Assembly: GCA_003554945.1 (NCBI GenBank)
Contig: PWHN01000102.1
Span: 240 to 64,239, forward strand
Source: a bacterium
Lineage (GTDB): Bacteria; T1Sed10-126
Direction: 5' to 3'
DNA length: 64,000 nucleotides
The notes below the pieces were generated by a model, which was given only the letters and a program-made list of their open reading frames with translations, searched no databases and was not told the DNA's origin. Positions within the stretch are counted from its first letter, which is position 1. The number at the start of each line of letters is the position of its first letter. Both the position numbers and the translations under genes were made by a program. Shown in pieces: positions 24,807 through 33,268 of the stretch.

Positions 24807-25913
24807 ATGAAAAAAGTTGTTATTTTTGTTTTCCTGATCGCTGCAGCTCTTGCCGGCAGCTGGTATTACTGGTCGGCCGATGAAGCAACCGGTGAACAGA
24901 ACCCCCACCAGAGGCAAACTGTCGAACGAGGCGACATCCAATCCAGCGTTACCGCAAGCGGTAGCGTCGAAGCTCTGCGTGAGGTGGAGATAATGAGCAA
25001 GGCCAGCGGTGAAATTTCGGAACTTCCGGTCGATGTCAGCGACCATGTCGAACCCGGTGATCTTCTCGCCCGCTTAAATCCTATCGACGAACAACGTCGC
25101 ATGCGCCAGAGCCGCATCCAGCTTGAAACTGCCGAGGCGGCTTACGATGATGCTCGCGCCCGCGAGCAGCGTCAGAAGGATCTCTATGACGAGGGAGTAG
25201 TTAGTTATGAAGAATACCAGAGCGCACGCTTGGACAAAATCAGGGCTCGCGCAGACCTTGAAAACCAGGAAATTGAACTGGAACTTGCCCGGCAGCGGCT
25301 CGACGATACCGAAATAAGCGCCACTTTCGAAGGACTGGTGGCCGAACGACTTGTCCAGGAGGGAGAAATAATTACCTCCGGACTCGGAGAAGCCGGGGAC
25401 GGCACTCCCATCCTCCTTATTGCCGACCTCTCAAAAATGTACGTCAACGCTGCAGTCGATGAGAGTGATATCGGCGAAATTAGACCGGGCCAGAAGGCGG
25501 TAGTTACCGTCGACGCTTATCCACTGCGAGAATTTTCCGGCGAGGTGGAGCGTATCGCTGTTAAAGGGGTGGTCGAGGGAGGCGTTGTAACTTACGACGT
25601 TAAGGTTAATATCACTGACGAAGATGCTTCCGAATATCTCAAGCCCGAAATGACAGCCGATGTTGAAATAATCACCGACCAGCGCCGGGACGTTGCGCTC
25701 GTCAACGCCGCCGCGCTTCACGGCCAACCGGGGAACTATCAGCTCCTGATTTCGGTGGAACCGGAGCAGGATCTGCTCCCCGTTGAGGTCGGTCTACATG
25801 ACGGTGAAAAAGCCGAAATTACTGACGGTATTGAAATCGGGGACAATTATTATCTGCCCGCCGAAGGTGATGCCGGTGAGTGGAGTCGACCCGAAGGTCG
25901 GGGGCTGTTTTAA
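24807..25913 (+). CDS. Efflux transporter periplasmic adaptor subunit (HlyD/MacA family)
   Basis: N-terminal anchor, lipoyl-like and coiled-coil hairpin segments, then a beta-barrel. It is followed by an ABC ATPase, an FtsX-type permease and TolC. Confidence 0.85.
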   Translation: MKKVVIFVFLIAAALAGSWYYWSADEATGEQNPHQRQTVERGDIQSSVTASGSVEALREVEIMSKASGEISELPVDVSDHVEPGDLLARLNPIDEQRRMRQSRIQLETAEAAYDDARAREQRQKDLYDEGVVSYEEYQSARLDKIRARADLENQEIELELARQRLDDTEISATFEGLVAERLVQEGEIITSGLGEAGDGTPILLIADLSKMYVNAAVDESDIGEIRPGQKAVVTVDAYPLREFSGEVERIAVKGVVEGGVVTYDVKVNITDEDASEYLKPEMTADVEIITDQRRDVALVNAAALHGQPGNYQLLISVEPEQDLLPVEVGLHDGEKAEITDGIEIGDNYYLPAEGDAGEWSRPEGRGLF

Positions 25914-25915
25914 CC

Positions 25916-26614
25916 ATGCCGCTTATAAAGTTGAAAGACGTCGTAAAAACCTACCGCATGGGCAGTCGCGAAATATTTGCCCTGGACCACGTGAACCTGG
26001 ACATTGAATCAGGTGAATACCTGGCTGTTGTCGGCCCCTCCGGCAGTGGCAAGTCCACGCTGATGAACATTATCGGTTGTCTCGACCGTTTTGATGCCGG
26101 CACCTACCGGCTGGCCGGCGAAAACGTCGATACCCTGAACGACAACGAACTGGCACGTATTCGTAATCGAAAAATTGGTTTTATCTTCCAGACTTTCAAT
26201 CTGCTACCACGAATGACAGCTCTCGAAAACGTCAAACTACCGCTGCTTTACCGGGGAACCTCCAATCCCCGGTCGCAGGCTGAAGCAGTCCTTGAAGACG
26301 TCGGCCTCGGGGACAGAATAGACCACCATCCGAATGAACTTTCAGGGGGCCAGCGCCAGCGTGTTGCAATTGCCCGCGCCCTTGTAACCGACCCTCAGGT
26401 CCTGCTTGCTGATGAACCGACCGGTAACCTTGACTCCGCTACCGGGGAAGAAATCCTTGAACTTTTCAACAGACTTCATAGTAATGAACGAACAATTATT
26501 GTCGTCACACATGAAAAAGAGCTTGCTCAACGCTGTCCCCGACAAATTAACCTCAGGGATGGAAAAATTACACAAACGGAGGCCCGGGTCGATGCTGCTC
26601 TGGAACACGCTTAA
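25916..26614 (+). CDS. ABC transporter ATP-binding protein (MacB/LolD-type, separate polypeptide)
   Basis: Walker A GPSGSGKST, signature LSGGQRQRVAIARAL and Walker B LLADEPTGNLD. Start at MPLIKL, 3 nt after the adaptor stop. Confidence 0.93.
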   Translation: MPLIKLKDVVKTYRMGSREIFALDHVNLDIESGEYLAVVGPSGSGKSTLMNIIGCLDRFDAGTYRLAGENVDTLNDNELARIRNRKIGFIFQTFNLLPRMTALENVKLPLLYRGTSNPRSQAEAVLEDVGLGDRIDHHPNELSGGQRQRVAIARALVTDPQVLLADEPTGNLDSATGEEILELFNRLHSNERTIIVVTHEKELAQRCPRQINLRDGKITQTEARVDAALEHA

Positions 26615-27803
26615 AATAGCCGGCCGCAGCCTGCTGGGCAGCAAGCTGCGCACAGCCCTTGCGATGCTTGGTATCGTCATCGGCGTCGGCGCCGTCATTG
26701 CTATGCTCGCCATCGCCGCAGGGGCTCAACAGGAAGTTATGCAGCGGGTTGAGCGCATGGGAGTCAACCTGCTCACAGTTCAACCCGGTGAAAGAGGCTG
26801 GCGCGGGCGCTCCGCCGGGGCAGCAGACGTCTTGACTGTCGACGCTGCCCGCACTATTCTCAACCGCGTTAGCAATACTAGCGCTGTCTCTCCTGTCGTT
26901 AACACTAATATCGAACTCATCTATGGCAATAATAACACCAACAGCTCTCTTTACGGTGTCGCTCCCAGCTACTTCAATATCCGCGACTTTAAGCTTAGCG
27001 ATGGACGCCTATTTACAGATGACGAAATATTACGCCGGGCTCGCGTTGCAGTTATTGGCGCTGAAGCAGCCGAAGAGCTATTCGGACCCGTTAACCCGGT
27101 TGGTGAAACCATTCGCGCCGGCCGCCGACGGGTGGAGATTATTGGCCTGCTCGAAGAGATGGGGGGCGGTGGCTGGTTCAATCCCGATGATCAGATCATC
27201 ATGCCCTACTCAACCGTTAAAAACCAGTTCGCCGGCCAGGACCACCTCGACCAGATCCTTGTCCAGGGGGTTGACCGCAGCCACCTTGCCAGCATCGAAG
27301 AGGAGGTTACTTCCCTTCTTAACAGCTATCTAAACCTCAATCCTGAATCCGATCCGGAAGAGTTCCACGTCCGCAACCAGGCCGACTTGATAGAAGACGC
27401 CGACGCCATGGCCTGGACTTTCACTTTCCTGCTCGGCGGCGTCGCAAGCATTTCACTAATTGTGGGAGGAATTGGTATTATGAACATTATGCTCGTCACC
27501 GTTACCGAACGCACCCGTGAAATCGGTGTCCGCAAAGCTATCGGCGCACGAAAACGGGACATCTTAACTCAATTTTTACTTGAAGCCGTCTTCATGTGTT
27601 CGCTTGGCGGCCTGCTAGGAGTTCTGCTCGGCCTCGGCGTCTCTCAGACCATCAGTCGCTTGACTGAATTTACCACCGTCGTTCAGCCAATTGCTGTCCT
27701 TATCGCTTTTGGATTCGCAGCAGCCGTAGGCCTCTTCTTTGGCTACTATCCGGCCCGCAAAGCGGCCGCTCTCCCACCAATTGAGGCGCTCCGCTATGAA
27801 TAA
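26592..27803 (+). CDS. ABC transporter permease, MacB/FtsX family
   Basis: MacB_PCD-like periplasmic domain between TM1 and TM2, and a C-terminal FtsX-type four-helix region ending ...ALRYE. The start at MLLWNTLKIAGRSL overlaps the ATPase by 23 nt. Confidence 0.88.
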   Translation: MLLWNTLKIAGRSLLGSKLRTALAMLGIVIGVGAVIAMLAIAAGAQQEVMQRVERMGVNLLTVQPGERGWRGRSAGAADVLTVDAARTILNRVSNTSAVSPVVNTNIELIYGNNNTNSSLYGVAPSYFNIRDFKLSDGRLFTDDEILRRARVAVIGAEAAEELFGPVNPVGETIRAGRRRVEIIGLLEEMGGGGWFNPDDQIIMPYSTVKNQFAGQDHLDQILVQGVDRSHLASIEEEVTSLLNSYLNLNPESDPEEFHVRNQADLIEDADAMAWTFTFLLGGVASISLIVGGIGIMNIMLVTVTERTREIGVRKAIGARKRDILTQFLLEAVFMCSLGGLLGVLLGLGVSQTISRLTEFTTVVQPIAVLIAFGFAAAVGLFFGYYPARKAAALPPIEALRYE

Positions 27804-29316
27804 ATTTATCCGCTTATCGACGATCATTCTCTTTCTCTGTATTGCACTTAATTATTTGCCGGCTAACGCTGATGACAATTCCCTGGTCCTCGCTACTGCC
27901 GCAAACAATCTTGAATTACCCGAAAAAATTACCATAGATGATGTCATCGAAATTGGCCTAAGTCGTAATCGCGACCTTGAGACAGAAAAATTAAATCTGA
28001 CAGTTGACCGGGCGCAGATTGAAAGAGAACTGGCCGATTTTGACTACACCTTCGGCCTCGACTTTGACGCCTCAGCCCGCCGCGAGGAAGAGACTTATGA
28101 GGCCGAAGACCGCGGCGACGTCTACGTTACCCGACGCGAAAGTGAAAGCTTCTCCGCCGGCCTCGACCGCCAGTTCTTCGACGGCACCACCCTGGGGCTC
28201 GATTTTAGCAGCCGCCGCACTGAGACCACTCGCGTTGACGAACGTTTTCGTTCACAGGTCGGTCTCGATCTCCGACGCCCCCTCCTGCAGGACGCCGGTC
28301 GCGAAATTACACAGCTTTCTGTCAATCAAGCCGAAAAAGATTTAGAAATTTCTGAACATCAACTGCGCGGCTTCGTCTCCTCGCTGGTCCGTGACCTCAA
28401 GGAACATTACTGGAATTTCTTTCTCGCTCATAAACAGCTACAAGTCCATGAAGATGCACTGGAGCTCGCCCGTGAACAACTGCAGGAAGTTAAAAAAAGA
28501 ATTGATGTCGGCACCCTGCCCCAACTGGAACTGGCCGCCGCTGAAGCCGACATGGCACGGCAGAAAGAACGTCTTATCGACGCCCGCACTCGCCGCGATC
28601 TGGCCCGGCTCGAACTGCTTCACCTGATGAATATTGATCCTGATGAAAAAAAGGACAACCCGCAACCCGCTACATCGCCTCAACCTGAAGTTGAAGAGCT
28701 GTCCAAACAACAACAATTACTGGAATACGCACTTACACATCGCCCTGAACTTGACGAGTCGCTGCTCCGTCTTGAAAATCAGGAGCTGAACGTCGTCCGC
28801 ACGGCTAACGGACTTTTGCCACGCCTTGATTTCTTTGTCAACCTCGGCCAGACAGGCTTTGCAAACTCTTTCTCACGCTCTATTGATGACCTCGACGGCG
28901 ATAATTATAGTCTTTCCGGCGGCCTCAACTTTGAATACTCATTTGGCAACCGGGCCGCTGAATCTCAACACGAACAGGCGGAAACGCAGAAAGAACAGCA
29001 ACAACTGGCCCTCGCTAACCTGCGCGACCTCGTCACAAAAGACGTCCGTAGTTCCAACTTAGAGGTTGAACGAGCCCGCCGGCAGGTTGAAGCCACCGAA
29101 GCCACACGCCATCAGAATCAGCGCGCTCTTGAGGCTGAATTGACAAAACTTGCCCACGGCCGCTCTACTTCCCGCCAGGTCGCCAGTGCCCGCCAGGACC
29201 TGACCGAAAGCGAACTCTCCGTCCTCGAAGCACACGTCGACCTTAACCGCGCACATACGGCTCTCCTCCACCACTCGGCACAGCTCCTCTCCCACCAAAA
29301 CATCCAGCTCCCTTAA
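27796..29316 (+). CDS. TolC-family outer membrane efflux protein
   Basis: Signal peptide MNKFIRLSTIILFLCIALNYLPANA and two OEP repeats with long coiled-coil segments. Its start overlaps the permease stop (ATGA). Confidence 0.88.
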   Translation: MNKFIRLSTIILFLCIALNYLPANADDNSLVLATAANNLELPEKITIDDVIEIGLSRNRDLETEKLNLTVDRAQIERELADFDYTFGLDFDASARREEETYEAEDRGDVYVTRRESESFSAGLDRQFFDGTTLGLDFSSRRTETTRVDERFRSQVGLDLRRPLLQDAGREITQLSVNQAEKDLEISEHQLRGFVSSLVRDLKEHYWNFFLAHKQLQVHEDALELAREQLQEVKKRIDVGTLPQLELAAAEADMARQKERLIDARTRRDLARLELLHLMNIDPDEKKDNPQPATSPQPEVEELSKQQQLLEYALTHRPELDESLLRLENQELNVVRTANGLLPRLDFFVNLGQTGFANSFSRSIDDLDGDNYSLSGGLNFEYSFGNRAAESQHEQAETQKEQQQLALANLRDLVTKDVRSSNLEVERARRQVEATEATRHQNQRALEAELTKLAHGRSTSRQVASARQDLTESELSVLEAHVDLNRAHTALLHHSAQLLSHQNIQLP

Positions 29317-29400
29317 CAAAACAGACCGGTCGTCTCCCCCCACCCCGCTCAACTTTTTTCCTCCCCCTTGATCAATTCCCCCAGTAAATCTTATTTTTCA

Positions 29401-29434
29401 GTGATATGATTAAGCTAGAACTTAATCAAATTAC
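29401..29434. promoter_or_regulatory. Upstream operator-like site related to the 29554 palindrome
   Basis: GTGATATGATTAAG-CTAGAA-CTTAATC has 7-bp inverted arms. It shares the word GTGATAT.GNTTAAG ... CTTAAT with the proximal palindrome. Confidence 0.4.
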
Positions 29435-29553
29435 TAAAAACTTATTTTGTATATATTTTAGCTTCAACATCACTAAAAAGCTCATAAAGGATATATTAGT
29501 TAGTTACGGCAATATTTTTCACAAAAAATTTTGTTTTCATCTAAAGATTTTAT

Positions 29554-29587
29554 GTGATATAGTTAAGTTGTAGCTTAATTATATCAC
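29554..29587. promoter_or_regulatory. 34-bp near-perfect palindrome immediately upstream of the ArsR-like gene (candidate operator)
   Basis: In GTGATATAGTTAAGTTGTAGCTTAATTATATCAC, 14 of 17 positions pair. It ends 16 nt before the ATG and abuts the GGGAGGG RBS. Confidence 0.55.
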
Positions 29588-29603
29588 ACGGGAGGGATTC
29601 GAG

Positions 29604-30152
29604 ATGGAGGCTGAGGATGATTTTGAGGGGGTTAGGTTGCGGAGTATGTTGAAGGCGCTGGGGGGAAGGATAAAATTTAAGATAATCCAGCAGCTTGATA
29701 AATCGCCGGCTTATCCGAAGGAGCTGGCGGCTGAGTTTAATTTGAGTCGCAGTGACGTCTCTCAGCACCTGAAAGAACTCAGAAAACTGGGTTTTGTGGA
29801 GTGGGATCACCCGTTAGATGACGACGATCGTTTTCGACTCTACCAGATCCAGCAGCCGCTCCCCTCCCTAAAGCATCAGGTATTGATTGAATTATTAAGC
29901 ACCGCCGAGGAAGAAGAACTGGAACAGCGGGAAGAATCAAAAGTTGAAGAGAGAGCAGCCCTGCAAAAACAGATTGAAGCAAAAAAGCGAGAAAAGTTAA
30001 GGACTACGTTAAAAGCAATAGCAGCACACACGCAGCTACCGGCGGGAATGTTTGGCAGAGCACAGCAAGAACTGCGAAACGAATTGCGCGAACTAAAGGA
30101 TGAGATCGCCCGGCTTTCCGCAAAAGAATTTGAAATTTACGACAGCACATGA
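29604..30152 (+). CDS. ArsR-like winged-helix transcriptional regulator with C-terminal coiled coil
   Basis: The N-terminal about 70 aa follow the ArsR/SmtB HTH pattern (RIKFKIIQQLDKSPAYPKELAAEFNLSRSDVSQHLKELRKLGFV). No metal-site Cys pairs are seen. The C-terminal half is E/K-rich and helical. Confidence 0.6.
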   Translation: MEAEDDFEGVRLRSMLKALGGRIKFKIIQQLDKSPAYPKELAAEFNLSRSDVSQHLKELRKLGFVEWDHPLDDDDRFRLYQIQQPLPSLKHQVLIELLSTAEEEELEQREESKVEERAALQKQIEAKKREKLRTTLKAIAAHTQLPAGMFGRAQQELRNELRELKDEIARLSAKEFEIYDST

Positions 30153-30345
30153 GGTTAAATTGTAGTTGCCCGGAGATACTCCGGCCTGTCAAATCTCCGA
30201 ATTATTAAAATTAATGACCAGCCCCCTCCAGGGCTACTAATTTTCTATCAGCCCGACTTCGAAGGAACTAAAATCTGCTGACAGATTTCAAAGGATCGTA
30301 AGTGTTTAGCGCCCACAACGTTAGTGCGGGTTTGATCCCATGATC

Positions 30346-30486
30346 GTCATTGCGGACTACGATCCGCAATCCATTTTTTCCCCCCTTTGTCTTTCCCCTC
30401 TTCAAGGAGGGAAAAGGAAAGGGAATAGTCTTGAACGATAACCGTTTAAAATTCAAGATGGATTCCGGCTCGGGGGCCGGAATGAC
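30346..30486. repeat. Family-1 intergenic repeat, full copy B (141 nt, carries the extra 41-nt module)
   Basis: Same termini and hairpins as copy A, plus GTCTTGAACGATAACCGTTTAAAATTCAAGATGGATTCCGG, which is identical to 21292-21332. Confidence 0.8.
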
Positions 30487-30511
30487 AAGCTGTTTAAAGG
30501 GACCCGATTAT

Positions 30512-31315
30512 TCAGTCAAGTAATTTTGAGGCAGAGGTTGCAGTTTCACCTTCGTGAACGATGGCAGCGATCGCCCGCAGCATGGCCTGGGGATTCGCAT
30601 GTTGAAAGACATTGCGGCCAATGCTTACACCGGCGCCTCCGGCTTCCATAGCGGCTTCAACCATCCGCAAAATATCGATGTCTGTGTCCATTTTTTCGCC
30701 GCCGGCAATTAAGACCGGAATCGGGCAACCCTCTACCACCTGACGGAAACTTTCAACCTCGCCGGTGAACGAAACCTTTACCAGGTCAGCACCCAGTTCC
30801 GCAGCTATTCGGGCGGCGTGTTTTACATTTTTTACGTCATGCTCGTCTTCAATCTCAGGACCACGGGTGTACATCATAGCAAGCAGAGGCATCCCCCATT
30901 CGGCGGCACGACAGGCGACTTCACCGAGATCCTTAAGCATTTCGGCTTCTTCACGGGAGCCAATATTAATATGAACGCTGACCCCATCCGCCCCCGTTTT
31001 CACTGCTCGCTCAACAGTGTTAACCAGAACCTTTGCGTTGGGATCCGGCCCCCAGACAGTGCTGCCGGAGAGGTGCAGAATAAGCCCAACATCCTTGCCA
31101 TACTGGCGGTGACCATGCAGCGGAAGCCCCTGGTGACCGAGCACAGCATCAGCGCCGCCCTTGACAACAAAATTAACCATCTCCCGCATGTTTTCAATAC
31201 CGGGGATAGGACCAACGGTCACACCGTGGTCCATGGGAACTATGACAGCCTTTTTATTCTCGCGATCCATCAGACGTTCCAGACGAATATTTTTACCAAT
31301 CATTTTATTAAACAC
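30512..31315 (-). CDS. MJ0400-family class I aldolase (2-amino-3,7-dideoxy-D-threo-hept-6-ulosonate synthase AroA' / DhnA-type FBP aldolase)
   Basis: Close resemblance along its length to the archaeal-type family as I remember it (VIVPMDHGV, GADAVL, GLILHLS, DGVSVHINIG, MPLLAMMY, GADLVKVS, GAGVSIGRNVFQH). Confidence 0.8.
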   Translation of the reverse strand: MFNKMIGKNIRLERLMDRENKKAVIVPMDHGVTVGPIPGIENMREMVNFVVKGGADAVLGHQGLPLHGHRQYGKDVGLILHLSGSTVWGPDPNAKVLVNTVERAVKTGADGVSVHINIGSREEAEMLKDLGEVACRAAEWGMPLLAMMYTRGPEIEDEHDVKNVKHAARIAAELGADLVKVSFTGEVESFRQVVEGCPIPVLIAGGEKMDTDIDILRMVEAAMEAGGAGVSIGRNVFQHANPQAMLRAIAAIVHEGETATSASKLLD

Positions 31316-31356
31316 CCCTATTTATTAAAATATAGAAAAATGTAACTGTTCACCTA

Positions 31357-31611
31357 CTGAAGTTTTGCAGTTTCCCCATTCTGAGGACCAAGTTTACGCT
31401 ATTTAGAAGCCACCTGCAAATGTTTTTCTCATTCTCGGTTGCCCTCCAGGCAACCTCTGAGGTATAGCCGGTTGCAAACCAGGCCCTCGTGGCCTGCAAC
31501 CGGCTATAATTCCGAAAAACCCCTGCCGGTAACTTCCTGTGTGCTTCCAAAGATTCATCTTCACTCTTTTGTAGCGGTTTTTCCTTGTATGCTCGATTAA
31601 GTGCTCAGAAG
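31357..31611 (-). ncRNA. Unclassified structured element, copy 2 (expanded variant of 14647-14805)
   Basis: The minus strand carries the same order of closing helix, hairpin 1 (31463-31508), TATACCTCAGAGG joint, hairpin 2 (31437-31455), GAGAATGA joint and the 33-nt tail (30/33 identical). Confidence 0.45.
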
Positions 31612-31676
31612 AAAGAGAAAATAAGATATGGGCGATCCTGCTTGCAAAACAGAAAACTCTAGCAAAATATAAAAAT

Positions 31677-33059
31677 TTAATCTTTCTCTTTCGGCTCGGC
31701 AAACAGGTAGCGGTAAGAGAGTATCTCATCCAGACGATCAATCCCGCGGCCAACGCCGTAGTAATCGAATCCCATCTCAATCAGCTCTTCCATGGGCAGA
31801 CAGTTGCGGCCGTCAAAAATTACTGGCCGCTTCAGCCATTCTTTCACCTTCTTATAATCCAGCTCCAGAAACTCGTCCCATTCAGTGAACAAAATCAGTG
31901 CGTCCATTCCCCGCAGGGCTTCTTCAGGCGATTCAGCCCAATCAACGTCACGAATCACCTGCCGGGCATTTTCCATCGCTATGGGATCGTAGGCGCTGAC
32001 CTCGATCCCCTCGGCCTGCAAATCATGAATAATATCAATTGAAGGCGCCTCGCGCATATCATCGGTCTCCGGCTTGAAAGCAACTCCAAGCGCACCAACC
32101 TGTAGGTCCTCTTCTTCGGGCAGGGTACTGACAATTTTGCGGGCGAACCGTTTACGCTGGGCGTGGTTAACGCCAATAACCGAGTTCAATATCTGGGACT
32201 GATAGCCGGCCTGACCGGCAATTTCAACCAGTGCCTCAGTATCCTTGGGAAAACAACTGCCCCCATAACCAATACCGGCACCGAGAAAGTCACGGTTTAT
32301 CCGGTGGTCCAGTCCCATACCTTCAGCAACTTCAACAACGTCAGCGCCGACCATCTCACAGACGTTAGAAATTTCGTTAATAAAAGAAATTTTAGTGGCC
32401 AAAAATGCGTTGGAGGCGTATTTGATCATCTCCGCCGTCCGCAGACCTGTCTTGAGCACAGGACAGTCGAGAGAGGAGTATAGTTCCGCTGTGAAATCGC
32501 AGGCCGAACCGTCTTCTGAACCAACTATGACCCGATCGGGTTCCATAAAATCACCAACGGCCGACCCCTCGCGTAAAAACTCAGGGTTGGAGACTACTTC
32601 AACCTTAGCCTCAGTATCAGACCGTTCTTCAAGAGCAGAGTTGACCTGTTTGTAAACAAGTTCCCCGGTTCCCACGGGCACGGTGCTTTTGTTTATGACT
32701 ACGGTATCGGACTCTATGTTAGCGCCGATCATCTCGGCAGCACTGAGCACATACTGAATATCACAGGAGCCGTCGGCTCGTTTTGGCGTTCCAACGGCAA
32801 TAATTATGCCGTCCTGGCCGGTCAAAGCTTCCGCCTCGTTAGTGGTAAAATTTAGATTTCCCGACTCCACGGCGGGCGACAGGATATCCTCCAGCCCGGG
32901 CTCATATATTGGTATTTTTCCCCGGCGCAATTGCGCCACTTTTTCCTCATCTACGTCAAACAGAGTCACCTGCGCACCGAGGTCGGCAAGGCAGGTTCCG
33001 GCAACAAGGCCGACATAGCCGCTACCCATAACAGCAATCTTCTTGTCCAAATTGAACAC
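31677..33059 (-). CDS. ugd: UDP-glucose 6-dehydrogenase
   Basis: The N-terminal Rossmann fold (IAVMGSGYVGLVAGTCLA), GGSCFPKD catalytic Cys region and overall layout match the UDP-glucose/GDP-mannose dehydrogenase family. Confidence 0.9.
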   Translation of the reverse strand: MFNLDKKIAVMGSGYVGLVAGTCLADLGAQVTLFDVDEEKVAQLRRGKIPIYEPGLEDILSPAVESGNLNFTTNEAEALTGQDGIIIAVGTPKRADGSCDIQYVLSAAEMIGANIESDTVVINKSTVPVGTGELVYKQVNSALEERSDTEAKVEVVSNPEFLREGSAVGDFMEPDRVIVGSEDGSACDFTAELYSSLDCPVLKTGLRTAEMIKYASNAFLATKISFINEISNVCEMVGADVVEVAEGMGLDHRINRDFLGAGIGYGGSCFPKDTEALVEIAGQAGYQSQILNSVIGVNHAQRKRFARKIVSTLPEEEDLQVGALGVAFKPETDDMREAPSIDIIHDLQAEGIEVSAYDPIAMENARQVIRDVDWAESPEEALRGMDALILFTEWDEFLELDYKKVKEWLKRPVIFDGRNCLPMEELIEMGFDYYGVGRGIDRLDEILSYRYLFAEPKEKD

Positions 33060-33163
33060 TCCTTTACTTGGTGATTAATTTAAGACAGAATTATAACGAT
33101 TAATCTGATTTTAGTCAGCGTCTTTATAGGTTTTCGCAAAATCTACCGCAGGGTTCCAAAATT

Positions 33164-33216
33164 CCTTCCCCCCCTGGAGGTGGAAGGTTAGGATGGGGGG
33201 ATAAAGGGTGGGGAAA
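33164..33216. repeat. G/C-run hairpin element related to family 2
   Basis: CCTTCCCCCCCTGGAGGTGGAAGG followed by GGATGGGGGGATAAAGGGTGGGG. It resembles the CCCTCTCCCCTGGAGGGAGAGGG...GGGTGAGGGGG elements at 40242 and 53233, but is diverged. Confidence 0.35.
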
Positions 33217-33268
33217 TTTTTTGAAGTACACTCAATTCTTATTTTTGTACGCTGCGAGGTGTTACAGA

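Noticed and set aside
31350-31780. Two minus-strand ORFs (66 and 125 aa) in the ugd-aldolase spacer.
   Set aside because: They traverse the structured element (copy 2) and overlap the ugd 3' end. The homologous region of copy 1 has no matching ORF, so the conservation is at the nucleotide and structure level, not the protein level.
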